IMG/VR virus record: IMGVR_UViG_3300020045_008873
Coordinates: 1-43,789 of that record
Reading direction: 5' to 3' (one strand)
Origin: a virus
Taxonomy: Duplodnaviria; Caudoviricetes
DNA: 43,789 nucleotides
The notes under the pieces are model-generated. The model was not told the origin of the DNA. It worked only from the letters and a program-made list of their open reading frames with translations, and did no database searches. Below are positions 28,612 through 38,068 of this stretch, one piece after another (position 1 is the first letter of the stretch; every line of letters begins with the position of its first letter). The position numbers and the translations under genes were made by a program.

Positions 28612-29363
28612 TAAGGGCGACGGCATTTCCACCCTTTATGAGTGCGGCCTGTTTTCATAACTCTCGACATCATACCTTGATCTAATCCATTCTCTCTGCA
28701 AAAACGCGCAAGACCTTTAATGAGCACTTCATTCCCATCCGGAGAAGTAACAATAAAATCTTGCGAACGAGTTTCGGTATACTTTTGCAAAGACTCAGGT
28801 GTGCGCTTTTTACCACGCATCGCATTCCCAAACCTATGCCGCAATTCCGCTGATGGATTAGCGTGGATTATCCGTAACTTAGAGCGTGTTTCCTCTGTTG
28901 CCTTTTTACCTTTACGAGTCCTACGCATAAGCTCTATTTGCGCTTCAGATAACTTTCGGCCTCTTTGACCTTCAGATATTTTACGCCTTGATTCATCAGT
29001 ATGTCTAATCCCCGTATGCGCCGCAGACATTCTTGCTAATGTTTCAGAGGAATGTTTCAACCCCTTCATTGGCGCGGCTGTACTTTGACATATGTTATAT
29101 GTGAGCTTGTTTCCAATAGTATCAATCCAAAATTGCTCACGTCCTAATAACATATCAATCTCGCACCGTTCCAATATCTTAAACTCAAACGTCTTTTCAC
29201 CATATTTATTCCATGAGTTCTGAAGATACTTATTGTGGTGCTTTCCCTTTATTAGATCATTGCGATGTTCATTAATCCGTTTACGGATGTTTTGACTTGA
29301 ACCAATATAGACCTTATTAGTTTTCTTATTCCTGATGACGTAGATACCTGATACAATTATCAC
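28611..29363 (-). CDS. GIY-YIG homing endonuclease with NUMOD3 repeats
   Basis: SGIYVI...VYIGSS..I.KR...H and REQFWI. KHSSETLARMS and RHTDESRRKIS repeats. GTG 29363 with AGGAG SD. Confidence 0.92.
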   Translation of the reverse strand: MIIVSGIYVIRNKKTNKVYIGSSQNIRKRINEHRNDLIKGKHHNKYLQNSWNKYGEKTFEFKILERCEIDMLLGREQFWIDTIGNKLTYNICQSTAAPMKGLKHSSETLARMSAAHTGIRHTDESRRKISEGQRGRKLSEAQIELMRRTRKGKKATEETRSKLRIIHANPSAELRHRFGNAMRGKKRTPESLQKYTETRSQDFIVTSPDGNEVLIKGLARFCRENGLDQGMMSRVMKTGRTHKGWKCRRP

Positions 29364-29487
29364 AGTGACCACTCCTATTGGTTGCTCACTCACCCGGCTA
29401 TTTCGAGTAGCGCGGGTGAGCCTTTTTACATCATAGATTATAATACATGGCTCTATTAACTGCCATTGATAAACTTACACATGCATC
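28612..29487 (-). mobile_element. 876-bp homing-endonuclease cassette inserted in the terL 3' end
   Basis: AT-rich, bounded by two copies of TAGATGCA, carries a recoded terL end, a hairpin and the endonuclease gene. Confidence 0.82.
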
Positions 29488-30876
29488 TATTTTTTGACTC
29501 TGTACCCGCTTAATCAGGCGCAACTTATCCTCTTCGGGTTTCCTGTCGGCATTGATAACGTGCTGCCTCAGTTCAGGGAAGGTGCTGTCGTGCTCAATGC
29601 GTCTATCGCGTATCAGATCAAAAAGCATCTTATCAGCCACTAAGCGCGGACTGCCTTGCAGGAACGGATTCCAGAACACATTACCGCTTAAGCGCTGGCT
29701 CATGCTGGCCATCTGGTACGGATCAAATGCCACCTCAGCTACATTGTACACCGAAAACAATCTAATTAATTCGGTTTCGATTTCAGCGAAGTTAATTTGA
29801 CCATCTTTAGGCGGCGTCCATATGCGGCAGTAACGCACCTGCGGCTTGCCCTCCCTGCTCATGGATACTGCCACTACCGCAAAGCAATCATTCTCCACCG
29901 CCGCATCAATGCCGATTACCACGCTCTTGCGCCCTAGCTCACCCATGCTGTCCACCTTGCAACCATCCCACCACTCAGGCGGAATGAACGCCTCAGTGCT
30001 GGCACTCCATTGGTTGCGGTGCAGGCGTGCGAACTCGGACGGCGTGAGCGTGGCGGCCTCCTGTGCATAGTAGTCGGGGTTGTCTAGCTGCCAGCTCATG
30101 ACAGGCCGCGTGCACCAGTAACCGATACTTGCGCCATTGGTGTAGAGTTCTGGCACGCTGGCATGAGGAGCGCCACCTTTGATGATGCTCTCATAGAGCC
30201 GCTCTAATATCATCGACTGCCCACTAAAACCCGCATAGCTCTCCACGAACTTGAAACTCTTGCCGACGCGCGTGGGTGATAGCGCCGCCTCGCTCCATAG
30301 CATTTCAGGCCGCGTTCCCATAGCGCCCCAGGCTTCTGTCCAGAATAAGCCAGTCGGGTTCATACCCGCTTCACCACGTGGGTCAACGGGAATGCTTTCC
30401 AGCTTTGTACCATTGTCAAGGTACACGGTGAAACGCACAAGGCGGGCATGAGCCAGGAGGCGCGGGTTATGATTAATGGCGTAACGGATAGCTTCCATCA
30501 TGCGATTGTCAGCCTGCTTCTGATCGTTTCCGATGATGTAGACTTGCCCGTCTGGAACTTGTAAGGCTTGCCACAAGGCCACTCCCGCCGCTAAGGTGGT
30601 CTTACCTGATTTCTTTGGGGCGCTGTAGAGCCACAGCGAATAATCAAAGTTGCCATTCGCATCCCGACTGGACATAGCCCTGAGTACCGCTTCTTGCTCA
30701 GGGTGCAGTACCAGCGGCTTGCCCGTTTCAGGTATCACCATTTCGCGTTGAATGAACTCTACTACGTCGGGGCCGTCATAAGGCCGGGGTGAGTAACGAG
30801 TGACGAGGCGTTTAGCTTTCTCCGCTTGTAGCGCCTGATATGACGACTGAGGCAATAATGTCTGTAGCAAGCTCAT
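29431..30876 (-). CDS. terL: Terminase large subunit
   Basis: Walker A APKKSGKT, nuclease motifs VIGIDAA, FDPYQ and KIDAC. Confidence 0.95.
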   Translation of the reverse strand: MSLLQTLLPQSSYQALQAEKAKRLVTRYSPRPYDGPDVVEFIQREMVIPETGKPLVLHPEQEAVLRAMSSRDANGNFDYSLWLYSAPKKSGKTTLAAGVALWQALQVPDGQVYIIGNDQKQADNRMMEAIRYAINHNPRLLAHARLVRFTVYLDNGTKLESIPVDPRGEAGMNPTGLFWTEAWGAMGTRPEMLWSEAALSPTRVGKSFKFVESYAGFSGQSMILERLYESIIKGGAPHASVPELYTNGASIGYWCTRPVMSWQLDNPDYYAQEAATLTPSEFARLHRNQWSASTEAFIPPEWWDGCKVDSMGELGRKSVVIGIDAAVENDCFAVVAVSMSREGKPQVRYCRIWTPPKDGQINFAEIETELIRLFSVYNVAEVAFDPYQMASMSQRLSGNVFWNPFLQGSPRLVADKMLFDLIRDRRIEHDSTFPELRQHVINADRKPEEDKLRLIKRVQSQKIDACVSLSMAVNRAMYYNL

Positions 30877-31486
30877 AACCGATTTCAGCTTCCAGTTGGG
30901 CAGGTGTCACCCTACCCTCTTTCAACAGTTGAATGATGTCCGTACGCCAGTCCTCATTGCGTACCCTGTCCACTAACAGCGCGTGGAACTTGGCAAGAGT
31001 TTTAAGTGCATCAAGCCTATCATACATTTCAATCTCATCTTCAACTATTTCTCTCTCATCACCGCCTTTTTCAGTGATGGTAGTAACTTTAGTTTTAAAT
31101 GCTTTTATGATATGTGACTTGCCCCGCCGCTTAGCTTCCAGTGGATCAATGCCCCCTAAAGAATTGAGAGCGTCCGTAATATCGCCTCGCGCAATGTCGG
31201 TTAAATGGATTAGCACTTCGTTTGCAGACATTGCGTATTGATTTAGTCGCGCGTCTACATGACGGAGGATATTAACGTTTCTTAACAGCCTACTCGCCGC
31301 CGCTGCCAATGCAGCATCATCCCCGCCATACCCTGCTAAACGCGCCGCCTCAGTACCATTCATGCACACGATGTAATGATCCACGAATAGCTGCTGTTTA
31401 ATCGTCAAGCCATTGTGATTAATGGTATCAGTCGGAGGCGCAACTTTCCGTTTGCGCGGTTGCCCTTGCGGTTTACGTTTTGCCAT
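30812..31486 (-). CDS. terS: Terminase small subunit
   Basis: LTIKQQLFVDHY...NGTEAARLAGY...ASRLL. Confidence 0.9.
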   Translation of the reverse strand: MAKRKPQGQPRKRKVAPPTDTINHNGLTIKQQLFVDHYIVCMNGTEAARLAGYGGDDAALAAAASRLLRNVNILRHVDARLNQYAMSANEVLIHLTDIARGDITDALNSLGGIDPLEAKRRGKSHIIKAFKTKVTTITEKGGDEREIVEDEIEMYDRLDALKTLAKFHALLVDRVRNEDWRTDIIQLLKEGRVTPAQLEAEIGYELATDIIASVVISGATSGES

Positions 31487-31861
31487 TTAATCGCTCAACA
31501 GTATCCACACCTGCGCCGTCTGCCCTGCTACGCCCTGCGCCACGGTGACATTGACCCCATGCACGCCCTGGTACACGTAGTTACTCTGCGCCACGTTAGC
31601 CGAGTTTACGGGTAGCGCCTGAGGCCCCACCGCTGAATAAGGCAGCGTGACGTTGGTAAGGGTGAGCAATGGCGGAAACAGCGCAATGCCGTTGGGTGGC
31701 ACGTCGCTAATGATGATGTCGCTCGTTCCAGAGGTGAGGCCGGGCTGAATCGGTATTGCCACCTTCAGGAGTAGCTGCGTATGACTGCCGTCGTTCAATC
31801 CGATGTTCACATTGCCCGCTCCAGCAGCGTCAAGCGGGATACTGGCTAAATTCCATCCCAT
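31487..31861 (-). CDS. Hypothetical beta-rich protein, possibly virion-associated
   Basis: GAGGA SD and upstream extended -10 TGcTATAAT. Abuts terS. Confidence 0.6.
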   Translation of the reverse strand: MGWNLASIPLDAAGAGNVNIGLNDGSHTQLLLKVAIPIQPGLTSGTSDIIISDVPPNGIALFPPLLTLTNVTLPYSAVGPQALPVNSANVAQSNYVYQGVHGVNVTVAQGVAGQTAQVWILLSD

Positions 31862-31906
31862 TGTGTTTAGTCCTCATGAGTTAGTTGTTCTGATTATAGC
31901 ACTGGT

Positions 31907-32185
31907 TTAATCAGATAGTTCGTACATGCCGCAAAAATGATGACTGCCTAAGCGTGTGCCATCCGGCGCGGTGGAAGTCTCATAGTCAAACCAGACCAGC
32001 TCGAACTCGCGTCCGGTTTCCTTGCTAGTATAGCGCCATACCTTGCGTCCATCCTCAGTGCGATTTTTTGCCCGTTTCATGTCGTCAGGCAGTCCGATCC
32101 AATTGTTACTGGCGTAATCAAAAGGCACGATGACAGCGCCCTTATCGGCATAGACTGCGTCAATGAGTGTGCAGTCGTAATTCAC
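31907..32185 (-). CDS. Hypothetical protein
   Basis: GTGA-coupled ORF. Confidence 0.55.
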   Translation of the reverse strand: MNYDCTLIDAVYADKGAVIVPFDYASNNWIGLPDDMKRAKNRTEDGRKVWRYTSKETGREFELVWFDYETSTAPDGTRLGSHHFCGMYELSD

Positions 32186-33183
32186 GGTATCAACGCCGCA
32201 TTAATCATAACGTGATTATTGCCTACCGGGTCACTGTCGCTCGTCAGTGCAGATTGCATAACCGCGCCACCAATTCCAAAGTGGCTTAAACTGATAGTGT
32301 TGTGAGTAGCATTGTGCAATTTGAGAGCGTGAGGTTGCCAGCTATGTACCTTATCATCAAACCGTTCGTAACATGCCGCGTTTACCAAACAATATGCAGA
32401 TTCCCACAGCGTAACCCCTGCCGCTTCCCCAGCTCCGGCGCGGCTATTACTGTCAGCTACGCCCTGCACTACAATACCTTTTGAATTGTCGATTACAAAA
32501 CCGCTGCCTTTGTTATCTTGTGCCTCGCAGGCAGCTAACACCACGCCATTCGTACCGCGTATCCAAAACCCGTAACCCTCGTAATTGTAAGGAACGCGAC
32601 CAGAATAGAACGATTTACAGCCAGATATCCGAACACTGCTATTAACGATATTAAACCCCGCATAGCCGCTGTGACCACTGATACACGCCACTAAATCAGT
32701 ATCGAAAGACGGTTGAAAACCGTAACGATCAGCACGGTAAACAACCACACCAATTAACTTTGTTCCAGAGCGCCCTTCGTCATGATAGCCATCGGTTTTA
32801 ACATCTTTGATATACAGACTTTCAAAGGTGTGCAACATGTCAAAATCATCATCTAGCGGAGACTGCGTATAACGCGGGTTAGTTGTAACCTCAATTCCAT
32901 GTGACACGCCCAGTTGCGCGGTTTTGTTTCCGTCAATGCACAGATTACGAACTGCACAAAATCCCGCGTTGCCTTTGGTTATGCCGTCAGCGGAGGGTAA
33001 TACTTTTATCACAGACCGATTCGCGCCTGCATTCAAGCGCAAAACTGTATTGCGCCCTTCACCTTCCAGATGCACACCAAAAGGCAAGTCAAGCCCATTT
33101 ACATGATAAAAACCCGCCTCTAAATGAACCCGACCACCACCACGCTCTGCTACATCGTCAATCCATGATTGAATTGTCATCAA
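32182..33183 (-). CDS. Pectate-lyase-3-like right-handed beta-helix protein
   Basis: IQSWID...GGGRVHLEAG.Y...GVHLEGEG..TVL, VRNLCIDGNK, repeated beta-helix rungs. Confidence 0.8.
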   Translation of the reverse strand: MMTIQSWIDDVAERGGGRVHLEAGFYHVNGLDLPFGVHLEGEGRNTVLRLNAGANRSVIKVLPSADGITKGNAGFCAVRNLCIDGNKTAQLGVSHGIEVTTNPRYTQSPLDDDFDMLHTFESLYIKDVKTDGYHDEGRSGTKLIGVVVYRADRYGFQPSFDTDLVACISGHSGYAGFNIVNSSVRISGCKSFYSGRVPYNYEGYGFWIRGTNGVVLAACEAQDNKGSGFVIDNSKGIVVQGVADSNSRAGAGEAAGVTLWESAYCLVNAACYERFDDKVHSWQPHALKLHNATHNTISLSHFGIGGAVMQSALTSDSDPVGNNHVMINAALIP

Positions 33184-33192
33184 TTAACGCCT

Positions 33193-34287
33193 TTATGATG
33201 AAACTCGAAACGCATCAATCTGATTGCCCCCAACACTCCACACACCCGCGAAGGTGCTGCCTGCCAAGTTCAGGTCAGCATCGGCTACCACCTGCGCCGC
33301 CCCAACATTGATATTGTTATATTTCAGTTGGATACTTGTACCACTGACCACCGCTTCAAACCATGCCCCATTAACCAAAGTCACCACCTGCACACTTAAG
33401 ACAACTGAAGTGGTGGTCGTAAGTTTTTTCATCATGTAAACTAACCCCGATAATGGCGAGCGTGGCTGGCGTTGAATCCAACAGTAAACACAATTAGCTG
33501 GGTCACTGGCACTCCCTGCCCTTAACACAATGCCGATAGGTGAATGATCTATGAATGTTCCAGGCTTTACCCCAAACGTGCCATTGATAATTCCCCAATC
33601 GGCCAGCAAATACATTGAACTGCGGGTTATTGGTTTTAGACTTATGTCATCCGCAAGGGTGGTATTGTTAGCACTGCCCCCAACTCGCTCAATAAATCGA
33701 AAGGTAGGCACGTTGGTATTAGGGCTATAGTAAGCAACTTTCAACTGTGCATAGGCCGCGCTAATAATTTCAGCAAGTGGACTATTAGAATTATCTGGCA
33801 ATTGCCCTGTTTGCGCTATTCGCATTACTGTGCCATCGTCCGCTCCGGCTGTACGCCAAAACCAACCACTCACCTGATACCAGGTATCTGCAATGGCGGC
33901 ACTGGCCGCCATTGCCAAAAAGTCGCCAATATCGCCAGTAATGTACTGCTGCGCGGATGTACCGCTATGCACAACAGCACTGGCGGACGGTGTAGCATCG
34001 GCATCGGCATCGGTTTCGGTCACATTAGGGGCACGCCCTAGCGAAAAACTAAATAAATCTTCTAAGCCTGGGTTAGGCAGCTTTTCAGCACCTAAAGTCG
34101 GAGCATTGTAGAGATGTCCACCGCTTAGAAAGTAAGTACCGCCTGTGAAAAGGCCGGGAATGGAGGGAGCGGTTGTAAAGTCGATAGAGTAAGGCAGCAA
34201 TCCCCCGCCCAATTCCATCAGTAACACTTGTTTAACTCGCATCCCGCGCCTCGCCTTCACTAAACTCGTAACCTGAGTATAGCGCAT
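33193..34287 (-). CDS. Lectin / CBM-like jelly-roll protein
   Basis: LPNPGLE...VHSGTSAQ...WYQVSGW...DDISLK carbohydrate-binding-module pattern nested in a concanavalin-like frame. Confidence 0.55.
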   Translation of the reverse strand: MRYTQVTSLVKARRGMRVKQVLLMELGGGLLPYSIDFTTAPSIPGLFTGGTYFLSGGHLYNAPTLGAEKLPNPGLEDLFSFSLGRAPNVTETDADADATPSASAVVHSGTSAQQYITGDIGDFLAMAASAAIADTWYQVSGWFWRTAGADDGTVMRIAQTGQLPDNSNSPLAEIISAAYAQLKVAYYSPNTNVPTFRFIERVGGSANNTTLADDISLKPITRSSMYLLADWGIINGTFGVKPGTFIDHSPIGIVLRAGSASDPANCVYCWIQRQPRSPLSGLVYMMKKLTTTTSVVLSVQVVTLVNGAWFEAVVSGTSIQLKYNNINVGAAQVVADADLNLAGSTFAGVWSVGGNQIDAFRVSS

Positions 34288-34306
34288 TTTGCAACCGCGC
34301 GTCTAG

Positions 34307-34702
34307 TTACCCACTGAAGCGGCGGGTATAGCCCTGCCCTACCAGTTCTCCGCGCAACTGTTCACGCCGCGCTTCCATGTCATCTGTCATCGGCAGTGAC
34401 ACGTAACCAAAGTTCTCTGCTAGTTCCAGCTTTGCATGTTGCCAATGATAACTAATCCACGCCTGAATAAGCTTCGGTGTGATAGGCGTATCGGAGTAAG
34501 TGAAGGCTACAAAGGCGTCTTCAATAGCTTTGTAAGGTGCATCACTTTTGTACATCACTAAAGCCGTTTCACGGGTTAAGGGATAACCCGTGATGGAGTC
34601 GACTGGCTGATAGTCACCACTGAAACACGCATCAATCCAGCCGGCTACGCCCTGCTGAATAACTGCCCGTAAATGTTCCCTTAGATTAATCATAACAACC
34701 AA
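34307..34702 (-). CDS. Hypothetical protein
   Basis: Co-oriented ORF after the helicase. Confidence 0.5.
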   Translation of the reverse strand: MVVMINLREHLRAVIQQGVAGWIDACFSGDYQPVDSITGYPLTRETALVMYKSDAPYKAIEDAFVAFTYSDTPITPKLIQAWISYHWQHAKLELAENFGYVSLPMTDDMEARREQLRGELVGQGYTRRFSG

Positions 34703-36524
34703 TGCCTCCCTTGAACTTAACCTGGATCATTACGCCTTCTTTTTCGCCCGCCTCACGATGCTTCAAACAGCGCAGTACAATCTGCCCGGCGGGGAAGTCG
34801 GAATTTTCAGCCTTCACACCCTTTTTAACCAAATTGCCATGATTATAAAGCGCCAGCACCACGTCGGCATTCTCTTCAATCCGCCCACTGCCCTTACCAT
34901 CGTGCAATGTTGGAATGCGGTTATCTCTGCCCTCCAGAGACCGCCCCACCTGTGACGTGGACAGCACCGCTAATCCCATGCGTGCCAATTCCTGAGCGCA
35001 GTCTGATGCTTCACTCACCGTGTCAAATATGCTGGATTTTCCCTCCGCTTTCACGTTGGATAAGCTGTCCAATATGATCCACTGGCAACCTTTCTCTGCA
35101 ATCGCTTTTTTGGCCGTTTCGATGATATGACTCACGGTAGGGTTCTGGCATTCAATGACCTCGCACTGCTGCTGCCTGAGTAAGGCATTGGTGCTATAAA
35201 CGCGGGCGGACTCGTTAGGCTCTAATATACCCTTTCGCATCTTGTCTTTGGATATGCCCACGCGATAGGCCACAATCTGATTCCACCATTTGAGCGCTCG
35301 TGACTCAGTTGGGATAACCAGACCCGGCGCTTGATTAACCAGGTTGGAAGCAATGCTGGCGACGCAGGTAGACTTACCCATACCCGTCTCAGCCAGCACC
35401 ACATACATCATCCCCCTGTCTATCCCTTCAATTAAATCATCCAATTTGGTCATGCCTGTGCTAAACCCTTGCACCGTGCCAGCATGGGACAGATTGCCTT
35501 TTATCCACGTCTCATACTCGACTGACACCTGCTCAAATGTGACCACCTCTCCAGCGGGCGGCCTTAAGCGGTGTATTTCATCCTGCAAGCGGTTCAGGGT
35601 ATCTTCCAGATTACCCGCCTCCCCCTTGCGCAGGTTTACCAGTTCTTTACCCACCTTAACTAGATCTCCCACATTCACGGGTTTTGGCGGTGGCAGTCGG
35701 GTGATAGGTGTTAGAGCATTAAAGTCGGTAAGGCTGGATTCCCCATGCAATTTGCAAAAGTCGGCCAAGTCGCCTTTGTCCGTGAGCATCAAGTCAACAA
35801 TGCTGTATTGCACGCCCGCACCCGTGAAGGCCGTGACAAACTTCTCAGTCCCTTTCCGCCCCGCCTCATCACAGTCCAGTGCAATCCGAACACTGCCTTT
35901 CCATTGCTTTTTGAGTTCAGCCATTAGTTCGGGCGTTACTTTGTGGTTCTCTCCCCCTGGCATACAAAAAGCAGGCAAGCCGAAATGCTGCGCTACAATC
36001 GTTGAGGGTTCGCCATTGCACAAAATCAGGGGCAGCTTGCCCGCCAGTTTGATAGCCCGTGCCAGTCCATACCAGCACACCTCAAAACCTTTGATGCTCT
36101 TGAAGGCTGGCGATTGTCCATCAATAAACCGGTAGCGCTCGCCGCCCGCTGTTGGAAACTTAAAGCAGGGGCGATTGTCGAAATAAGTATGTACCTCCCA
36201 TCCCGCCTCAATAAACACTTGTTCAGGCACGCCCTTCAATTCTGCATATTCCGCTAGAGTTGAATAGGCGCGTTTTGAGTTCTCTACTTTTTCGCGTTTA
36301 GGTGTTTCAATGCCAAGCCGTTCCGCCAACTCGTATAGACTACCCGCCTCCCCCGTCACATGGTCTAACCAGGTTCCGTATTCCCCGCTGTCAATCTTGA
36401 GGGTGAACCCGTGTGAGTTCGAGTTAGGCCGCAGGGGTGAGTTCAGTTGATACTCATTTCCCCTACCCTTCAAGTCATATTGTTCCAATGCCTTAAGTAC
36501 CCGGTCAGCAGTAGTCATCTCCAT
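34686..36524 (-). CDS. Primase (TOPRIM) - DnaB-like helicase fusion
   Basis: IALDCDEAG and KGDLADF. Walker A AETGMGKS, IILDSL, SQVGR...SGRIEENADVV, KHR. Confidence 0.88.
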   Translation of the reverse strand: MEMTTADRVLKALEQYDLKGRGNEYQLNSPLRPNSNSHGFTLKIDSGEYGTWLDHVTGEAGSLYELAERLGIETPKREKVENSKRAYSTLAEYAELKGVPEQVFIEAGWEVHTYFDNRPCFKFPTAGGERYRFIDGQSPAFKSIKGFEVCWYGLARAIKLAGKLPLILCNGEPSTIVAQHFGLPAFCMPGGENHKVTPELMAELKKQWKGSVRIALDCDEAGRKGTEKFVTAFTGAGVQYSIVDLMLTDKGDLADFCKLHGESSLTDFNALTPITRLPPPKPVNVGDLVKVGKELVNLRKGEAGNLEDTLNRLQDEIHRLRPPAGEVVTFEQVSVEYETWIKGNLSHAGTVQGFSTGMTKLDDLIEGIDRGMMYVVLAETGMGKSTCVASIASNLVNQAPGLVIPTESRALKWWNQIVAYRVGISKDKMRKGILEPNESARVYSTNALLRQQQCEVIECQNPTVSHIIETAKKAIAEKGCQWIILDSLSNVKAEGKSSIFDTVSEASDCAQELARMGLAVLSTSQVGRSLEGRDNRIPTLHDGKGSGRIEENADVVLALYNHGNLVKKGVKAENSDFPAGQIVLRCLKHREAGEKEGVMIQVKFKGGIGCYD

Positions 36525-37444
36525 ATCTCCGTAATGCCTATAGCTCTTAGCTCAGGCGATATATCATCACCGGTCAGTATTCCAGTTTTGACGACGGGCG
36601 GGGGTTGCGACGGGGGGTCATCAGCATAGTGCAGCTCTTCACCATTCATGTGCGTTATGCCATACAGTTCAATTGGTCGTTTGCGCAGGTGGCGCGGTAA
36701 GTCGGGCGCTTCAGGTTGGTCTAATCGAGTTGCCCGGTATTCGCTAAGATGGGTTGAAAGTGCGCGAGGGCTGAATGTTTTGAATTTCGCCTTACACCAT
36801 GCATAGAGTGAACTGACACGATCCGCCTCAAATCCAACTGTGCAAAGTTCTTTAGCAGTCGCTTGCACTATACCCCACTCGCCTTTAGTCATTGTGTCTA
36901 CATGCCATCCGAACGCTGCTACGATTGCATTTTTCATGATTGTCATTTGAGGTGCAGGTATGGAATTGGATTTAGACCCCTTTTCGCGTTTACGCGCAAT
37001 AGTCTCTGTTGTAGTCTCTGTTGTAGTCTCTGTTGAGGATCGTTCAGTTTCTTCACTATCGATAGTTAAGTTTCTTGACTTTCGTTCGTCAAGCTTCTTC
37101 ACTATCCATAATTCAAATTCTGACTTTCGGAGGCGGTAATGAACAGTAGGTGCACCATTGAATTTACGCACCATCGTCTCTACGCCAGCCTCACCTAACC
37201 GCTTTGTCGCCGCCATAACCTGATATTTGGATAGTGTGATTTCATCTGTCCACTCAGAATACGACTTTGCAAACCATCCATCATCCATTTTAGTGCGGTC
37301 AGTCCAGTAAATGATCTGACTGAGAAGTAGTGCATCTTCAATATTTCCTGTTACATCAATGTAGGGACGGGGAATTGTAAGTACATTCTCTTGCCCTGAA
37401 AACGAGGCCAATAAATCAGCTACCCATAACCGTGTGGTGTTCAT
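36515..37444 (-). CDS. Phage replication initiator (N-terminal winged helix)
   Basis: ALLLSQIIYW...GWFAKSYSEW..EITLS...HYRL, upstream of the helicase, with internal repeats. Confidence 0.78.
   Translation of the reverse strand: MNTTRLWVADLLASFSGQENVLTIPRPYIDVTGNIEDALLLSQIIYWTDRTKMDDGWFAKSYSEWTDEITLSKYQVMAATKRLGEAGVETMVRKFNGAPTVHYRLRKSEFELWIVKKLDERKSRNLTIDSEETERSSTETTTETTTETIARKREKGSKSNSIPAPQMTIMKNAIVAAFGWHVDTMTKGEWGIVQATAKELCTVGFEADRVSSLYAWCKAKFKTFSPRALSTHLSEYRATRLDQPEAPDLPRHLRKRPIELYGITHMNGEELHYADDPPSQPPPVVKTGILTGDDISPELRAIGITEIWR
37000..37035. repeat. 3 x 12-bp tandem repeat TAGTCTCTGTTG in the initiator gene
   Basis: Exact copies at 37000, 37012 and 37024, encoding STETTTETTTET. Confidence 0.85.
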
Positions 37445-38067
37445 TTTCGTTTCAGGCCACCATAGGTTATTGCAAAACGCCCTCTTCGGTTGACTACCAT
37501 GAAAATACTACCAATTGAGACATTAAACTCTTTTGCAATTTGCTTATAGGTTTTATTGCAATAGGCGTAGTCGTATCGGATAGCTTCTATCTGTTCTGGA
37601 GTTAATACGGCGCTGTAATGCTTGTCACCTTTAATAATATTCCCCCTACCTTTTGCCCACATATCATTGACGTTGTCTTGATGAGTGCCAAGGAATAGAT
37701 GCTTCGGGTTACAACAAGCAGGGTTATCACATGAGTGGCAGACAAACATACCTTCGGGGATTATGTAATTAGGGTATGACCATGCCACTCGGTGCGCTCT
37801 TTCTTGACGACCACGTCGCCCTACATTCCCATAACCACTACTACTTTTCCCGCCCTTCCACAACCAACATTGATTATCATCAGCGGTAATAGCGACCTTA
37901 GACCAAAACAACTTATCTTGTTTTTCTTGATCGTATTTTCTGTTGTGCCCGAAAATATATCTATTGGGCTTTCCCTTTGTTATTCCTTTTGATAAGTGTG
38001 TCTCTGAGGCTAGTTTTGTTTTCTGACCGCAACCACACTGACAATATCCGTATGGAATTTGTGTCAT
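37441..38067 (-). CDS. HNH homing endonuclease (free-standing)
   Basis: CQCGCG N-terminus, CWLW...AHRVAW...VCHSCDNPACCNPKHLFLGT..DN. Confidence 0.88.
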   Translation of the reverse strand: MTQIPYGYCQCGCGQKTKLASETHLSKGITKGKPNRYIFGHNRKYDQEKQDKLFWSKVAITADDNQCWLWKGGKSSSGYGNVGRRGRQERAHRVAWSYPNYIIPEGMFVCHSCDNPACCNPKHLFLGTHQDNVNDMWAKGRGNIIKGDKHYSAVLTPEQIEAIRYDYAYCNKTYKQIAKEFNVSIGSIFMVVNRRGRFAITYGGLKRK

Positions 38068-38068
38068 G

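Noticed and set aside
28612-29487. Group I intron in terL
   Set aside because: terL is already complete with its own stop, non-coding flanks are too short for a ribozyme core, and no P7-like sequence was seen.
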